A stretch of DNA of 64,000 nt from Microgenomates group bacterium GW2011_GWC1_46_15 (GCA_001002285.1 LCLX01000002.1:67827-131826); one strand, 5' to 3'. Shown: positions 21,397 through 30,993, counted from the first letter of the stretch. Notes: a model not told the origin generated them from the letters alone. Translations and numbers: made by a program.

Positions 21397-23139
21397 ATGG
21401 TAACTATGGGAAAGTGCTTTCTCTTTAGTGTTTTTGCTTGTTTTACCGTGTTATTTTTTATCCACACACAAACAGCGCGGGTAAACGCTTTTCAACTCAC
21501 TACCGATCCACAATACGTTGTCATGAATTTTTCCGAGATCAATGAACTCAACTGGGCGGCGCCGGAAAACGAATGGCAAACAAACATTAAGCCGATTATT
21601 TTGAAGCAACTTGATGAGTTTCAACACGCTCTGCCACGCGGAACTACTCAGCGTAAACTTGCGTGGAGCACGCTGGAAGAGTACATGAATATGCCGATGG
21701 ATGCGCCGTCACAAACATCGGTGTACGCAATTAAGATGCGGCGTATTCTCGACATTGCTGAAGAAACGAACCTTCCTGTGTTCCTACCGCTCAACGGCTT
21801 TCAGTGGTGGGATGAACTACCAGAACTCTACAACTGGTGGGACTCCGACGGCACACACACGCCAGACTCGTTTTTCGCGCGCCAACGTACACCCGATTTC
21901 AAACAGCGGTTTATCGCCGGGTACAATCCTGATAACATCTGGAATGTTGAGTGGAGTTCACCCACAACGCCGATGAAGTTAAACTGGCGGAACTGGGGCG
22001 GTGGCGGATTTCGACTCGCGCCTCCGCCAAATCTTGCACAATCTCCGCGTTCAAACACACAACGCGCGTACCGGTCTGTGCTCGATGCACGATTTACCAT
22101 TTTGATGCAAACGCTCGCGGACCGGCTCAAAAAATGGGAACAAGAAGGAAAACACGAGTTGTTTGCTGGCATCACAATCGGGACCGAGATTTCATTGAAC
22201 GCTTCCGCGACACCCGCCGATGAGTTTCAGCCGTACGGGTTCCGGTCAACACAGGACCTGGCCTGTCCGCCAAACACACCAAAGTGTTTTTCTTCAACAC
22301 CACCCACCAAAACTCAAATGAGTGCGTTGCGCCAACACGCTATTGAAAAATACTTCCAAAATCTCATTACCATTGCACAAAAACAGGGTATTCCAAAACA
22401 GCGCATCTACACACACGTCTGGAGCGAGGCAACGCCGAACGATAAACGGTACGAAAATTACGCGGCCGCGGCATTTTCGCTGTACGCGCGCCCCGGAATG
22501 AGTTTTTACGGATATGCTGAGGATCCATGGGCGTTGCCGGTATGGAACACTTCTGCTAAACAAAACGGCTTCCCGTTGTGGGGCGCTGTTGAGTACTCTG
22601 CGCCAAAAACGTTGGAAGTATGGCGCCGCGGGATTGCGAACACGCTTGACGCGGAACATCCTGCCAAACTGCTCGTCATCTATAACTGGACCGAGCATAA
22701 AGATACGCCGGCGATGCAGGCGCTCACCGAAGCGCTCACCCGTGAACCAACACAGCCAGCCTGCACCATTCCCGAGCTCATTAATCCACATATCACACAA
22801 GAGCAGGCACTCACTTGGCAGATTCTTCCGGCCGACTGGCAAGCGCGGTTTTCTCCATCACTTACTCTGCACGTTCAACGCGGACTCATTGCACAAAAAA
22901 GCGCGACCGACTCCGCGACGCTCGCACTTGAGCCCACGGCAACCACCACCAGTATTCCTCCACTTAAGCCGGGCGTGTACTCGTGGTATGTGGATCTGCG
23001 CGGATGCGGGAACACTGTCCAGCGCACATCCCAACCACAACGGTATGTCCAAGAACTTCACCTTCCGCCGGAACGCATCCCATGGTGGGTCCGCATATAC
23101 TTCACTCTTTTTGAAAAACAGTTCGCGCCAACAGAATAA
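21397..23139 (+). CDS. Secreted glycoside-hydrolase-like (clan GH-A-like TIM barrel) protein
   Basis: Signal peptide; W-rich; candidate catalytic Glu in GITIGTEIS and WGAVEY; C-terminal beta-sandwich (PGVYSWYV). Confidence 0.5.
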   Translation: MVTMGKCFLFSVFACFTVLFFIHTQTARVNAFQLTTDPQYVVMNFSEINELNWAAPENEWQTNIKPIILKQLDEFQHALPRGTTQRKLAWSTLEEYMNMPMDAPSQTSVYAIKMRRILDIAEETNLPVFLPLNGFQWWDELPELYNWWDSDGTHTPDSFFARQRTPDFKQRFIAGYNPDNIWNVEWSSPTTPMKLNWRNWGGGGFRLAPPPNLAQSPRSNTQRAYRSVLDARFTILMQTLADRLKKWEQEGKHELFAGITIGTEISLNASATPADEFQPYGFRSTQDLACPPNTPKCFSSTPPTKTQMSALRQHAIEKYFQNLITIAQKQGIPKQRIYTHVWSEATPNDKRYENYAAAAFSLYARPGMSFYGYAEDPWALPVWNTSAKQNGFPLWGAVEYSAPKTLEVWRRGIANTLDAEHPAKLLVIYNWTEHKDTPAMQALTEALTREPTQPACTIPELINPHITQEQALTWQILPADWQARFSPSLTLHVQRGLIAQKSATDSATLALEPTATTTSIPPLKPGVYSWYVDLRGCGNTVQRTSQPQRYVQELHLPPERIPWWVRIYFTLFEKQFAPTE

Positions 23140-23164
23140 CCCGCACCATAATGCGCAAAATAAA

Positions 23165-24097
23165 CTATCCTGAGTGAAACTTGTCGTACGCTTTCTTGAG
23201 TTCCTGCCGCGTTACGTGAGTATAGATCTGCGTTGTAGAAATATTTTTGTGCCCCAGCATCTCCTGAACATCACGCAGGCCAGCGCCGTTAATTAATAAG
23301 TCCGTCGCAAATGAGTGCCGGATTCCGTGGGGCGAGATCTTCACCGGCAGGTGCGCTTTGCGGCAGTACTTATCCACAATCCGCTGAACCGACCGCACCG
23401 TAAGCCGCATTTCCGCACCGTCGCTCGTGATATCAGCTTTCCCTCTGCTATACCGGATATACAACGGCTTCCAGTTGTCATCACGCTCAGTGAGATATCT
23501 TTCGACCCATTTCACCGCGCTCGCGCTTAAAAACACCACGCGCGGTTTTCTTCCTTTTCCAATCACACCAAACTCGCGCCTATCTAGGTCAATCTGTTCA
23601 CGATTGAGTGAAACTAGCTCACTTACACGCAAACCAGTACTAAAGAGTACTTCTAGTATCGCTTTGTCGCGCAACCCCGTGGTAGAGCTGGGCAGGGGCT
23701 GGGAAAGCAGTCGTTCAATCTGCTCGGTATTGAGAAACTTGAGTGACTGCGACTCTCCTTTAGGCAAGTCGATTTTTTCCGGCGCGAGCACCTCAATATC
23801 CCGCTTGATAAGCCACTTAAAAAACGATCGGAGCGCGATGATGTGGTAACTCTGGGTTGTACGGGATAACGTTTGCTTTTCCGTGTTCACAAACCGGGAA
23901 AGAAACACGCGGTACTTCTTGAGATGGTCCAGTGTAAAGTTCCGGATATCTTGAATGCCGTTTGCCCCTAGCCATTGGACGAACCGCCGGAGATAATGGT
24001 CGTAGTTGCGGATGGTCAGCTTACTGAGGTTCCGTTCGATGTCCAAATGCTCTAAAAACTCGGTTGCTTGATACGAAGTGGTCGCTGTTTCATCCAT
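23165..24097 (-). CDS. XerC/XerD-family tyrosine recombinase
   Basis: FLEHLDIERNLS, RDKAILEVLFSTGLRVSEL, GKGRKPR, SPHGIRHSFAT, LGHKNISTTQIYT. Confidence 0.93.
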   Translation of the reverse strand: MDETATTSYQATEFLEHLDIERNLSKLTIRNYDHYLRRFVQWLGANGIQDIRNFTLDHLKKYRVFLSRFVNTEKQTLSRTTQSYHIIALRSFFKWLIKRDIEVLAPEKIDLPKGESQSLKFLNTEQIERLLSQPLPSSTTGLRDKAILEVLFSTGLRVSELVSLNREQIDLDRREFGVIGKGRKPRVVFLSASAVKWVERYLTERDDNWKPLYIRYSRGKADITSDGAEMRLTVRSVQRIVDKYCRKAHLPVKISPHGIRHSFATDLLINGAGLRDVQEMLGHKNISTTQIYTHVTRQELKKAYDKFHSG

Positions 24098-24160
24098 ATA
24101 TGCTCCCTTTTTGCCCAAAAATGGGGGGTAGGCGGTCAACTTCGTTCAGAGGCAGAGAAA

Positions 24161-24187
24161 CTAGCACTCCTACTCCGAGAGTGCCAA
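24161..24187. promoter_or_regulatory. CIRCE element (HrcA operator)
   Basis: CTAGCACTC-ctactccga(9)-GAGTGCCAA versus consensus TTAGCACTC-N9-GAGTGCTAA; about 64 nt upstream of the xer ATG. Confidence 0.85.
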
Positions 24188-24374
24188 TACCCAAAGAAAT
24201 TGCAAAAGATTGATTTATCAGTCTATTTAGACTACCCACTTGAAGGAAGGGGAGCGAAAAATACAGCTGAAAAAGTCGTGTGTATCGGCGCAGTATCTTT
24301 GCGTATTGTGACGATAGAAAATAGGGTAGTGTAAACATCACGGTTAGCATAACAAAGGAGGGGAGTGGTGTCAA

Positions 24375-24509
24375 GATTTCACGACATAGGGAAGTGATTT
24401 TACGACATACAAAACTCGATATTATCCTTTCTTCATACATTTCTATGTTTCTTTCTATGAGAATACACAATTTATATTGTGCGACATTACATAGGATAAA
24501 ACGACATAT
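24375..24509 (+). repeat. Four phased CGACAT-core direct repeats
   Basis: CGACAT at 24382, 24403, 24482 and 24502 (spacings 21/79/20); the first two read GATTT(C/T)ACGACATA. Confidence 0.6.
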
Positions 24510-24569
24510 GGAGAAGCTGAGTTTCCATGCATCTTTTCTCCAAGTCCGCCTCATGTCATAATGATTCTT

Positions 24570-25493
24570 ATGCACGCATGGAAGCCTGGAATTAAAGTTG
24601 GACCGCAGAATTATCAAGAAAATCTTGGGCGTTCTCACGCGAAATATTGTGAGGTGTGGTACCGCGTAGACCGCGAAGGCGAGTATACCGATATGTTTTC
24701 GTACCTCCAGGAACATGGTATCCACGCAGGCCTCCATTTTTGGGCGATGCTACAAGATAAAATTGCGCCAAATCTCGCATACCCCGACGAAAAAATTTGG
24801 AAACCGTCGCTTGAACTCATGCAAAAAAATCTTGAGATCGCGGCAAAACACCATCACGCATATGTGAACATTCATGTCGGCAATGCTGCACTTGAAAAAA
24901 TGGATCTCGACCGCCACAAATCAATGCCTATAGAGCACACCGTTGTTGATTACCATTTGGCGGAACGCACCGCGGAAAAAAATATCCTTACGCTCCAAAC
25001 ATATGCTAAAAAACTCGGTGTTCTGTTGATTATTGAAACAGTCCCGCCGTATGACCCGGAAGGTTGGGATAGTGACCAAAATCCAAACGCCCGCCTCCAT
25101 GCGCACGCAACACATGCCTTGAGCAATGTCTTTGTTGAACACCTCGGCAAGGATCTCGGCATTGCAATCAACAATGACATCTCACACACCGCCGCAGAGC
25201 TTATTACGAATGACCGGGAAAAGCTCTGGAAGTATCTGTACGCGCGGACTGTTGCGCTTGCGCCATACACCAAGCTTATCCACGCCAACACGATGGCTGA
25301 ACCATTCAACGGAACCGACAGCCACGACGGAATTTTGGATAGTGACTTCGCGCACAACGTTTTTCCATCAAAGTTACAGTTCGAAAAATTGCTTTCTGTA
25401 TTTCAATCACACGACGATGTGTGGATCGTAAATGAACCACAGCGTGACCACGTAGAAAACTACAACGCGTTGGTTGCGTTCAACACGTCATAA
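24570..25493 (+). CDS. AP-endonuclease-2/xylose-isomerase-like TIM barrel metalloenzyme
   Basis: GLHF, NIHVG, IIETVP, NDISH, IHAN, DSHDG and VNEP metal-ligand pattern; start could be 24561. Confidence 0.75.
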   Translation: MHAWKPGIKVGPQNYQENLGRSHAKYCEVWYRVDREGEYTDMFSYLQEHGIHAGLHFWAMLQDKIAPNLAYPDEKIWKPSLELMQKNLEIAAKHHHAYVNIHVGNAALEKMDLDRHKSMPIEHTVVDYHLAERTAEKNILTLQTYAKKLGVLLIIETVPPYDPEGWDSDQNPNARLHAHATHALSNVFVEHLGKDLGIAINNDISHTAAELITNDREKLWKYLYARTVALAPYTKLIHANTMAEPFNGTDSHDGILDSDFAHNVFPSKLQFEKLLSVFQSHDDVWIVNEPQRDHVENYNALVAFNTS

Positions 25494-25558
25494 ACTGCAC
25501 GGGGTTCACGCGCAATATCACAGTTTTAGCCTGGTGCTCTTGGCAAAGACCTCGTCTG

Positions 25559-25873
25559 ATGCCTGTTTTTCGGCATATCAGTATTGAGGGTAGACATGGG
25601 GCCGTCTTTCCAGATACCCACAGTGGATGTGTTCGTGTTTTCTTATCGAATATTTCCGCAATTCTGTTGAAATATGAAAAATCTTTCGGGTTACTATACA
25701 AATCGCAGATAAGACGATGGGTATACAAAGAGGGAACACAAGAATTCGGAGAAATACACCTGAATAGAGGATATAAACTATTAGGCGGGGATACCGCATA
25801 CCAATATGCGCCTATAGAGTACTTCTCCGGTGATTTTGGTTTAGTGTCGCAAAAGTATTATTGTGCGACATAG
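25559..25873 (+). CDS. Hypothetical protein (uncertain)
   Basis: 104-aa AT-rich ORF with no recognisable motif; its 3' end overlaps a dif-like site. Confidence 0.3.
   Translation: MPVFRHISIEGRHGAVFPDTHSGCVRVFLSNISAILLKYEKSFGLLYKSQIRRWVYKEGTQEFGEIHLNRGYKLLGGDTAYQYAPIEYFSGDFGLVSQKYYCAT
25844..25871. other. dif-like tyrosine recombinase site (11-6-11)
   Basis: GTGTCGCAAAA-GTATTA-TTGTGCGACAT, arms 9/11 inverted-complementary and XerC-arm-like; about 1.7 kb from xer. Confidence 0.55.
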
Positions 25874-26111
25874 TGGGGATATGACACCCCGCCGTAGAGA
25901 GCCTCTCATAGCCCCAAACCACAATTCGGGGAAGAAGAAGGTCTATTCCACCATCACTCACTCCCCGAAAGATGTGTGCGCGTTCATATATACGGCACAA
26001 TAGAGGTTTTCCTTGGCACCCTCCAGTGCCAAACCAACCGCCTGGTGTGCCAAAGAGGCCTTCGGGTTTTTTCTGCGTTTCCTCTCCTCTTGAGATACGT
26101 ATCTGAAAAAG

Positions 26112-26120
26112 TTATCCACA
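26112..26120 (+). promoter_or_regulatory. Single perfect DnaA box
   Basis: TTATCCACA in a ~500-bp non-coding gap, followed by AT-rich DNA. Confidence 0.35.
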
Positions 26121-26400
26121 CCTTGTTATTTTATGTTTGAAATTAGCGCTCTTTATCAATCCTTTTTTGATTGTTTACTCGAGTCGCACTCATGAATGTA
26201 CACTGCCACCGCTTCCCGTTCATATCGTGAAAAGTATCCTATAATTATCATGAAAACAATTATATCAAACTATATCATTCCCTCTGGTAGACACCCATGG
26301 AACTACCCCGCTCCTCTTCCCTGCTTCCCTAGCTCTGTTTTTTATTCCCGCATCGAGGAAACGCCTTTTCTTCCCATACAAAAAATATTAATGAAGAATA

Positions 26401-27168
26401 TTATTTCCATGGCATGAGGAGGAAGAACATCAGTGTCATGACTACCCAAACCGCCCCATACTCCCACACCGCATTCTGGAATAACCGGCCCGATAATTTT
26501 GTCGTCAACAATCCTAAAAGGACGTACATATCGCTCACAATATAAAGCGATGCCATCCAAATTGTTACCGGAAAAAATGAAAGAATGACAGCTGTTTCTC
26601 CAAGGAGAATAGCAACAACAACAGCCATCCACACAACTTCTTTTTCGAGTTTTTGGTGCAACTCAATCGACCATAACGAAAGCAATGAAATGGGAAACGC
26701 GATGAACGCGATTCCAATCCCATTAACCCAAAACGGCGTGTGGAATGAAAGCACCGCATCGGTAAGAAAAAGCGTGATGAGGAGGGAGAATAGGATTCCT
26801 ATAGTGTGTGCCGCGCGCAAAAGCTGAATGGTGCGAGCCTTCGCAACTGTATAAATATTTGCCGTGAGATATAACGCGTACATACCAATACCAAACACTC
26901 CAAGAACAGCAATCCTGCTCCATATATTTTCTGGCAAAAGAAAGTAGAACAGCGCGACAGATAAGGCATAAAAACCAGGCAGAGGGACAACGGTCAGCCA
27001 CTCAACGCCATTCAAATCCTCAAACAGTGCCCAAGCTGAAACTGCGTACGTTACGAAAAAAAACAATGCGATCGCGAGAATACGAAAGTCCAGCGGAACA
27101 TACTGGGTTGCCAACAATCCAATTGCTAACACAATCGAACTCAGGAGAAACTTTGCGCGCCTTCTCAT
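26401..27168 (-). CDS. Polytopic membrane protein of unknown function
   Basis: About 9 TM segments; ARTIQLLRAAH loop; ATGA-coupled to yebC. Confidence 0.8.
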   Translation of the reverse strand: MRRRAKFLLSSIVLAIGLLATQYVPLDFRILAIALFFFVTYAVSAWALFEDLNGVEWLTVVPLPGFYALSVALFYFLLPENIWSRIAVLGVFGIGMYALYLTANIYTVAKARTIQLLRAAHTIGILFSLLITLFLTDAVLSFHTPFWVNGIGIAFIAFPISLLSLWSIELHQKLEKEVVWMAVVVAILLGETAVILSFFPVTIWMASLYIVSDMYVLLGLLTTKLSGRLFQNAVWEYGAVWVVMTLMFFLLMPWK

Positions 27169-27743
27169 GTGCTCCCCACACTTTCCTCTTCTTCGGCAGG
27201 AAAGATTGCGTTCATATACACCGCCTCAACATCATCGTGTGTCTCCAACTCGTGCAGAAGACTACGAGTTGCTTCGAGTACTTCGGGATCGGCTATATCG
27301 AGGGGAACTGCAACAGTGTACTCCCCGCCTTCGCGACGGAAAAGATACATCGTTGAACCAGGACTACCCAATGAACCACCGTGTGTGTCAAAAAGATGTC
27401 GAATCTCTGCGCCAGACCGCAATTTATTATCTGTCCGCACAACAACCAAAAATCCAACGCCGCCATGGCCATACCCCTCGTACACAATCTCTTCCAACGC
27501 ACCGCCTTCCCCTTTCCCAAGGCCACGGTGAATCGCGCGCTGGACATTTTCATTGGGCATGTTGGCCTGTCGCGCTTTTTCAATCGCCATCCGCAGGCTT
27601 GGGTTGTCGTTGGGATCTCCAACTCCAGTACTACGCGCAGCTATCGCAATATTCTTTGCTAATTGAGTAAATGCTTTACTCTTACGGTTATCTTCCGCGG
27701 CTTTCTTATTTTTAATGTTGTTCCACTTAGAATGTCCTGACAT
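27165..27743 (-). CDS. yebC: YebC/PmpR family protein (short form)
   Basis: MSGHSKWNNIKNKK, YEGYG, TDN and LETHDDVEAVY. Confidence 0.92.
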   Translation of the reverse strand: MSGHSKWNNIKNKKAAEDNRKSKAFTQLAKNIAIAARSTGVGDPNDNPSLRMAIEKARQANMPNENVQRAIHRGLGKGEGGALEEIVYEGYGHGGVGFLVVVRTDNKLRSGAEIRHLFDTHGGSLGSPGSTMYLFRREGGEYTVAVPLDIADPEVLEATRSLLHELETHDDVEAVYMNAIFPAEEEESVGST

Positions 27744-27879
27744 ATACGGGTATTGTAGCACGCAACCTGCCGAAGATTTACATAAGAAAAACTTGAGGAA
27801 AAATGACCTTCGGAAAAACAAAAAAATAAAATCATCGCTTGACTTTGGCGAGGGTTTTGTTTACTCTCTGTAGATTCAG

Positions 27880-28641
27880 ATGAATACATTACTCTCCCTC
27901 CAAGAACACGCCATCCGCTCCGCTCAGGAGAACAAGTGGAAAGACGCAATCTCCACAAATCTCTCTATTCTTGATCAAGACGCGTACGACGTTTCCGCGC
28001 TCAACCGGCTTGGCTTTTGCTACATCCAAACAGCAAACCCCAAGAAAGCGAAAGATACGTATGAACGCGTGATAAAAATCGACAAGTACAATCCCATCGC
28101 AAAAAAATACCTCAACTTGCTTGGGTTAACAAAGCACGTTCCCGTTGGAGGCGCGATGATTAGTACGGAGATTTTTATCGAAGAACCGGGGAAAACAAAA
28201 ACTGCCCAACTCTGCCGGCTGGCCGATATGACCGTGCTGGCGGCAACGCCAATTGGAACATCGTGCGTTCTTATCGTTAAAGAGCACCGTATTGCTGTTG
28301 AAACAGACAAGGGTGTGTACCTTGGTTCCCTTTCCGATGACTTTTCGCATCACCTCGCAAAACTCCTTAAGGGAGGAAATACATATAAAACGGTGGTAAA
28401 GGCGGTCAATAAAAATATGTGCTCTGTATTTATCCGCGAACTCTCGCGGGCAAAAAAGCTCGCGTACACGTCGTCATTCCCGTTGTTTTCAAACCATCAG
28501 CCGCAAGTGGCTCCAGGTTTGCATGATGAACTCTTGATCGAACAGGACCCGCTCGATCTTTCCGAAACAGGTCAAAACGATGATGATGTTCCCGAAGACC
28601 TCGTCCAGCGCATGGATGAAGATGGCGGCGAACGATCGTAG
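27880..28641 (+). CDS. TPR-containing protein
   Basis: N-terminal TPR (ALNRLGFCY..A...YERV..DKYNPIA); FIEEPGKTK; acidic tail. Confidence 0.75.
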   Translation: MNTLLSLQEHAIRSAQENKWKDAISTNLSILDQDAYDVSALNRLGFCYIQTANPKKAKDTYERVIKIDKYNPIAKKYLNLLGLTKHVPVGGAMISTEIFIEEPGKTKTAQLCRLADMTVLAATPIGTSCVLIVKEHRIAVETDKGVYLGSLSDDFSHHLAKLLKGGNTYKTVVKAVNKNMCSVFIRELSRAKKLAYTSSFPLFSNHQPQVAPGLHDELLIEQDPLDLSETGQNDDDVPEDLVQRMDEDGGERS

Positions 28642-28649
28642 GAAAACGC

Positions 28650-29738
28650 TTACTCCCCCCGTAACGCCCGGGCTGCGTCGCGACCAATGACTACCACAAT
28701 ATCTGCACGATACTCCAGTGTTTGTTGTTCATTCAGTGTTGTAGAGCGATTGGAGACACCAAGTGTCCTTAACAAAAGATCCGTCGTTGATGATTTTTTT
28801 GGCGCAAACTGTTTTTGCGCATACATCAGTTTCGTTGTTTCTTGGACGTCATTCGCCGTGCTCACACTTGTTACGTTAACGCCCATGTTCGCAAACGCGC
28901 GTGCGACTGCCGTCCCCAACCGTGGTTCTTGTGCCGCGTTCACCACCGCAACCGCGAGATTTTCTTTACGGAGTGTGCGATCAGAAAAAAGTTGAAAAAT
29001 AATGGGATCAGCGTGAATAGCGTCGAGCGTGTACCGCTCTCCCGCGTGTTGAACCATGGACGATGAGATCATATCCAGATCTGTAACTTCATCTTTGCGC
29101 AACGTTCCAAGAAACTTCCACATCGCGTACCGGTCGCCATACGCTATCGTGCTCCGCGCGCGGAAGAACAGTGTCTGAAAAAGAATGCCCCGAAGCGACT
29201 CCAGTGTCGTTTTTTGCTGATCTTTACTTGTCTTGGCCTCATTGCTCCCCATCGGCGCGCTGTTCACCCAAATGACGTCACGGATATCAACGCCTATGTG
29301 CATCGCGAGCGACTGCGTTACAAGCGAGTACGGGAGTTTTTCCAGCTCCGCCAATCCAGTTAGCGACTCCGATTTATATTGGCCGTATCCATGCGTCGTT
29401 TCTACCATAAAGGTTGGCGGCAGGCGGAGCGTTGCCGCGGTTCTTCCTTCACCATTGATGGAAAGCAACGCGAGCGGATGCGACACCGACTTCGCGTCGC
29501 CAAATACAATCAACACGGTGTACTGTGATTTCTTGTTCCACGAACGTGTTCCGCCCACCATAAACGCGCTAATCATGATGGAAATGATCATAAGACCAAG
29601 TGCCGCAAGAAATTTTGTTGATGAGGCAGTACGTGTGAGAGAACGCACGAGTGCTTTGTTAAATGGTGACGCGGGTGGATGAAATCGCCGCTTCGCAGGC
29701 GGTCGTGTGCGGCGGACAAAATCTACAAACGAGTTCAT
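28650..29738 (-). CDS. LCP-like membrane protein with LytR C-terminal domain
   Basis: TM helix; VAVVNAAQEPRLG...ADIVVVIGRD LytR_C motif. Confidence 0.75.
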   Translation of the reverse strand: MNSFVDFVRRTRPPAKRRFHPPASPFNKALVRSLTRTASSTKFLAALGLMIISIMISAFMVGGTRSWNKKSQYTVLIVFGDAKSVSHPLALLSINGEGRTAATLRLPPTFMVETTHGYGQYKSESLTGLAELEKLPYSLVTQSLAMHIGVDIRDVIWVNSAPMGSNEAKTSKDQQKTTLESLRGILFQTLFFRARSTIAYGDRYAMWKFLGTLRKDEVTDLDMISSSMVQHAGERYTLDAIHADPIIFQLFSDRTLRKENLAVAVVNAAQEPRLGTAVARAFANMGVNVTSVSTANDVQETTKLMYAQKQFAPKKSSTTDLLLRTLGVSNRSTTLNEQQTLEYRADIVVVIGRDAARALRGE

Positions 29739-29775
29739 AGTAGATCATTATGACACAGATAAAAACGCGTCTAAT

Positions 29776-30960
29776 CTACTTGATTCTTCTCCGCAGTTCC
29801 TCGGTCAATCGGATCATAAACCGCACGTTGTGAATGCTCGCAAGCCGGTAGTACAACAACTCTTGTGTTTTATACAAGTGATTGAGATATGCGCGGGAAA
29901 ATCCTTGAACACACGTCCAGCAGTCGCACCCTTTTTGAATCGGCGACGGGTCGCGTGCCCACTGCGCGTTTCCAATCTGCAGGCGGGCTTTTGGAAACGG
30001 CGAGACAATGGTCCATTCTTTTGGCGTTTTCCCTTTGAGGTCGCCGACATACAGCGCTCCGTTGCGGGCAAGGCGGGTTGGAGCAACGCAGTCAAACATG
30101 TCAAATCCCGCGCGGACCGCGTCAACAATATCCTGCGGATCACGGCCAAGCCCCATCGCATACCGTGGCTTGTTTGCCGGCAAAAGATCGCGGATCCAGT
30201 CCATCACTTCAACCGTTCCCTTCATGTTGTACCCTATTGTTTCCCCGCCAACCGCGATTCCGTCAAATTCTAGTTGAGTAATAAACTTCGCCGACTCTCT
30301 TCGTAAAGATTTATACATCGCTCCTTGTATAATGCAAAAAAGCGCCTGATATGTCCCCTGCGCGCTCGTGTGATCATGTTTCTCCCAGTACTCTTTGCAC
30401 TGTTTTGCCCACCGGTGCGTGCGGTCTAAAGCCTCGCGCGTGTACTGCATATTGGCATCGTCCGGCGTACATTCGTCAAACGCCATGATGATATCGGCGC
30501 CGATTTGCCGCTGAATCTCGATCGCCTTCTCCGGAGTGAACATGTGTTTTGTCCCGTCGAGATGGGAAGAAAACTCTACCCCTTCATTGGTGATCTTGCT
30601 GAATACTTTAACCGGCTCACGTTCAAGAATCCCCCGCTTTGTTTTGCCCTCAATCTGCTTACCCAAACTGAACACTTGAAAACCGCCGGAATCGGTCAAA
30701 ACGGGTTTGTTCCAACCCATGAACTTTTGGATGCCGCCAAGTTTTGCAACCGTTTTTTCACCGGGACGGAGGTAAAGATGATATGTATTGGCGAGAATAA
30801 CCTGCGCGCCTGCGCGTTCAAGATCGTTTGGCGAAAGCGCTTTTACGGTGGCCTGCGTGCCAACCGGCATAAAGATTGGGGTTTGGATAACGCCATGCGG
30901 TGTATACATCTCCCCTGCTCTTGCTTGGTCTTTTTGAGTGTTGAGTGTGAATGAAAACAT
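29776..30960 (-). CDS. tgt: tRNA-guanine transglycosylase
   Basis: TPIFMPVGT, NTYHL, LTDSGGFQ, AFDEC, DMFDCVAPTR, CDCWTC Zn site, HN. Confidence 0.96.
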   Translation of the reverse strand: MFSFTLNTQKDQARAGEMYTPHGVIQTPIFMPVGTQATVKALSPNDLERAGAQVILANTYHLYLRPGEKTVAKLGGIQKFMGWNKPVLTDSGGFQVFSLGKQIEGKTKRGILEREPVKVFSKITNEGVEFSSHLDGTKHMFTPEKAIEIQRQIGADIIMAFDECTPDDANMQYTREALDRTHRWAKQCKEYWEKHDHTSAQGTYQALFCIIQGAMYKSLRRESAKFITQLEFDGIAVGGETIGYNMKGTVEVMDWIRDLLPANKPRYAMGLGRDPQDIVDAVRAGFDMFDCVAPTRLARNGALYVGDLKGKTPKEWTIVSPFPKARLQIGNAQWARDPSPIQKGCDCWTCVQGFSRAYLNHLYKTQELLYYRLASIHNVRFMIRLTEELRRRIK

Positions 30961-30993
30961 GGTGATATTGTACAATACGGAAAAAGGAAGAAG

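Noticed and set aside
24090-24737. 215-aa minus-strand ORF upstream of xer
   Set aside because: It overlaps the TIM-barrel gene antisense and crosses the CIRCE and repeat region; the composition is not protein-like.
26100-26300. oriC call
   Set aside because: Only one perfect DnaA box, no dnaA/dnaN nearby, and no obvious GC-skew switch by eye.
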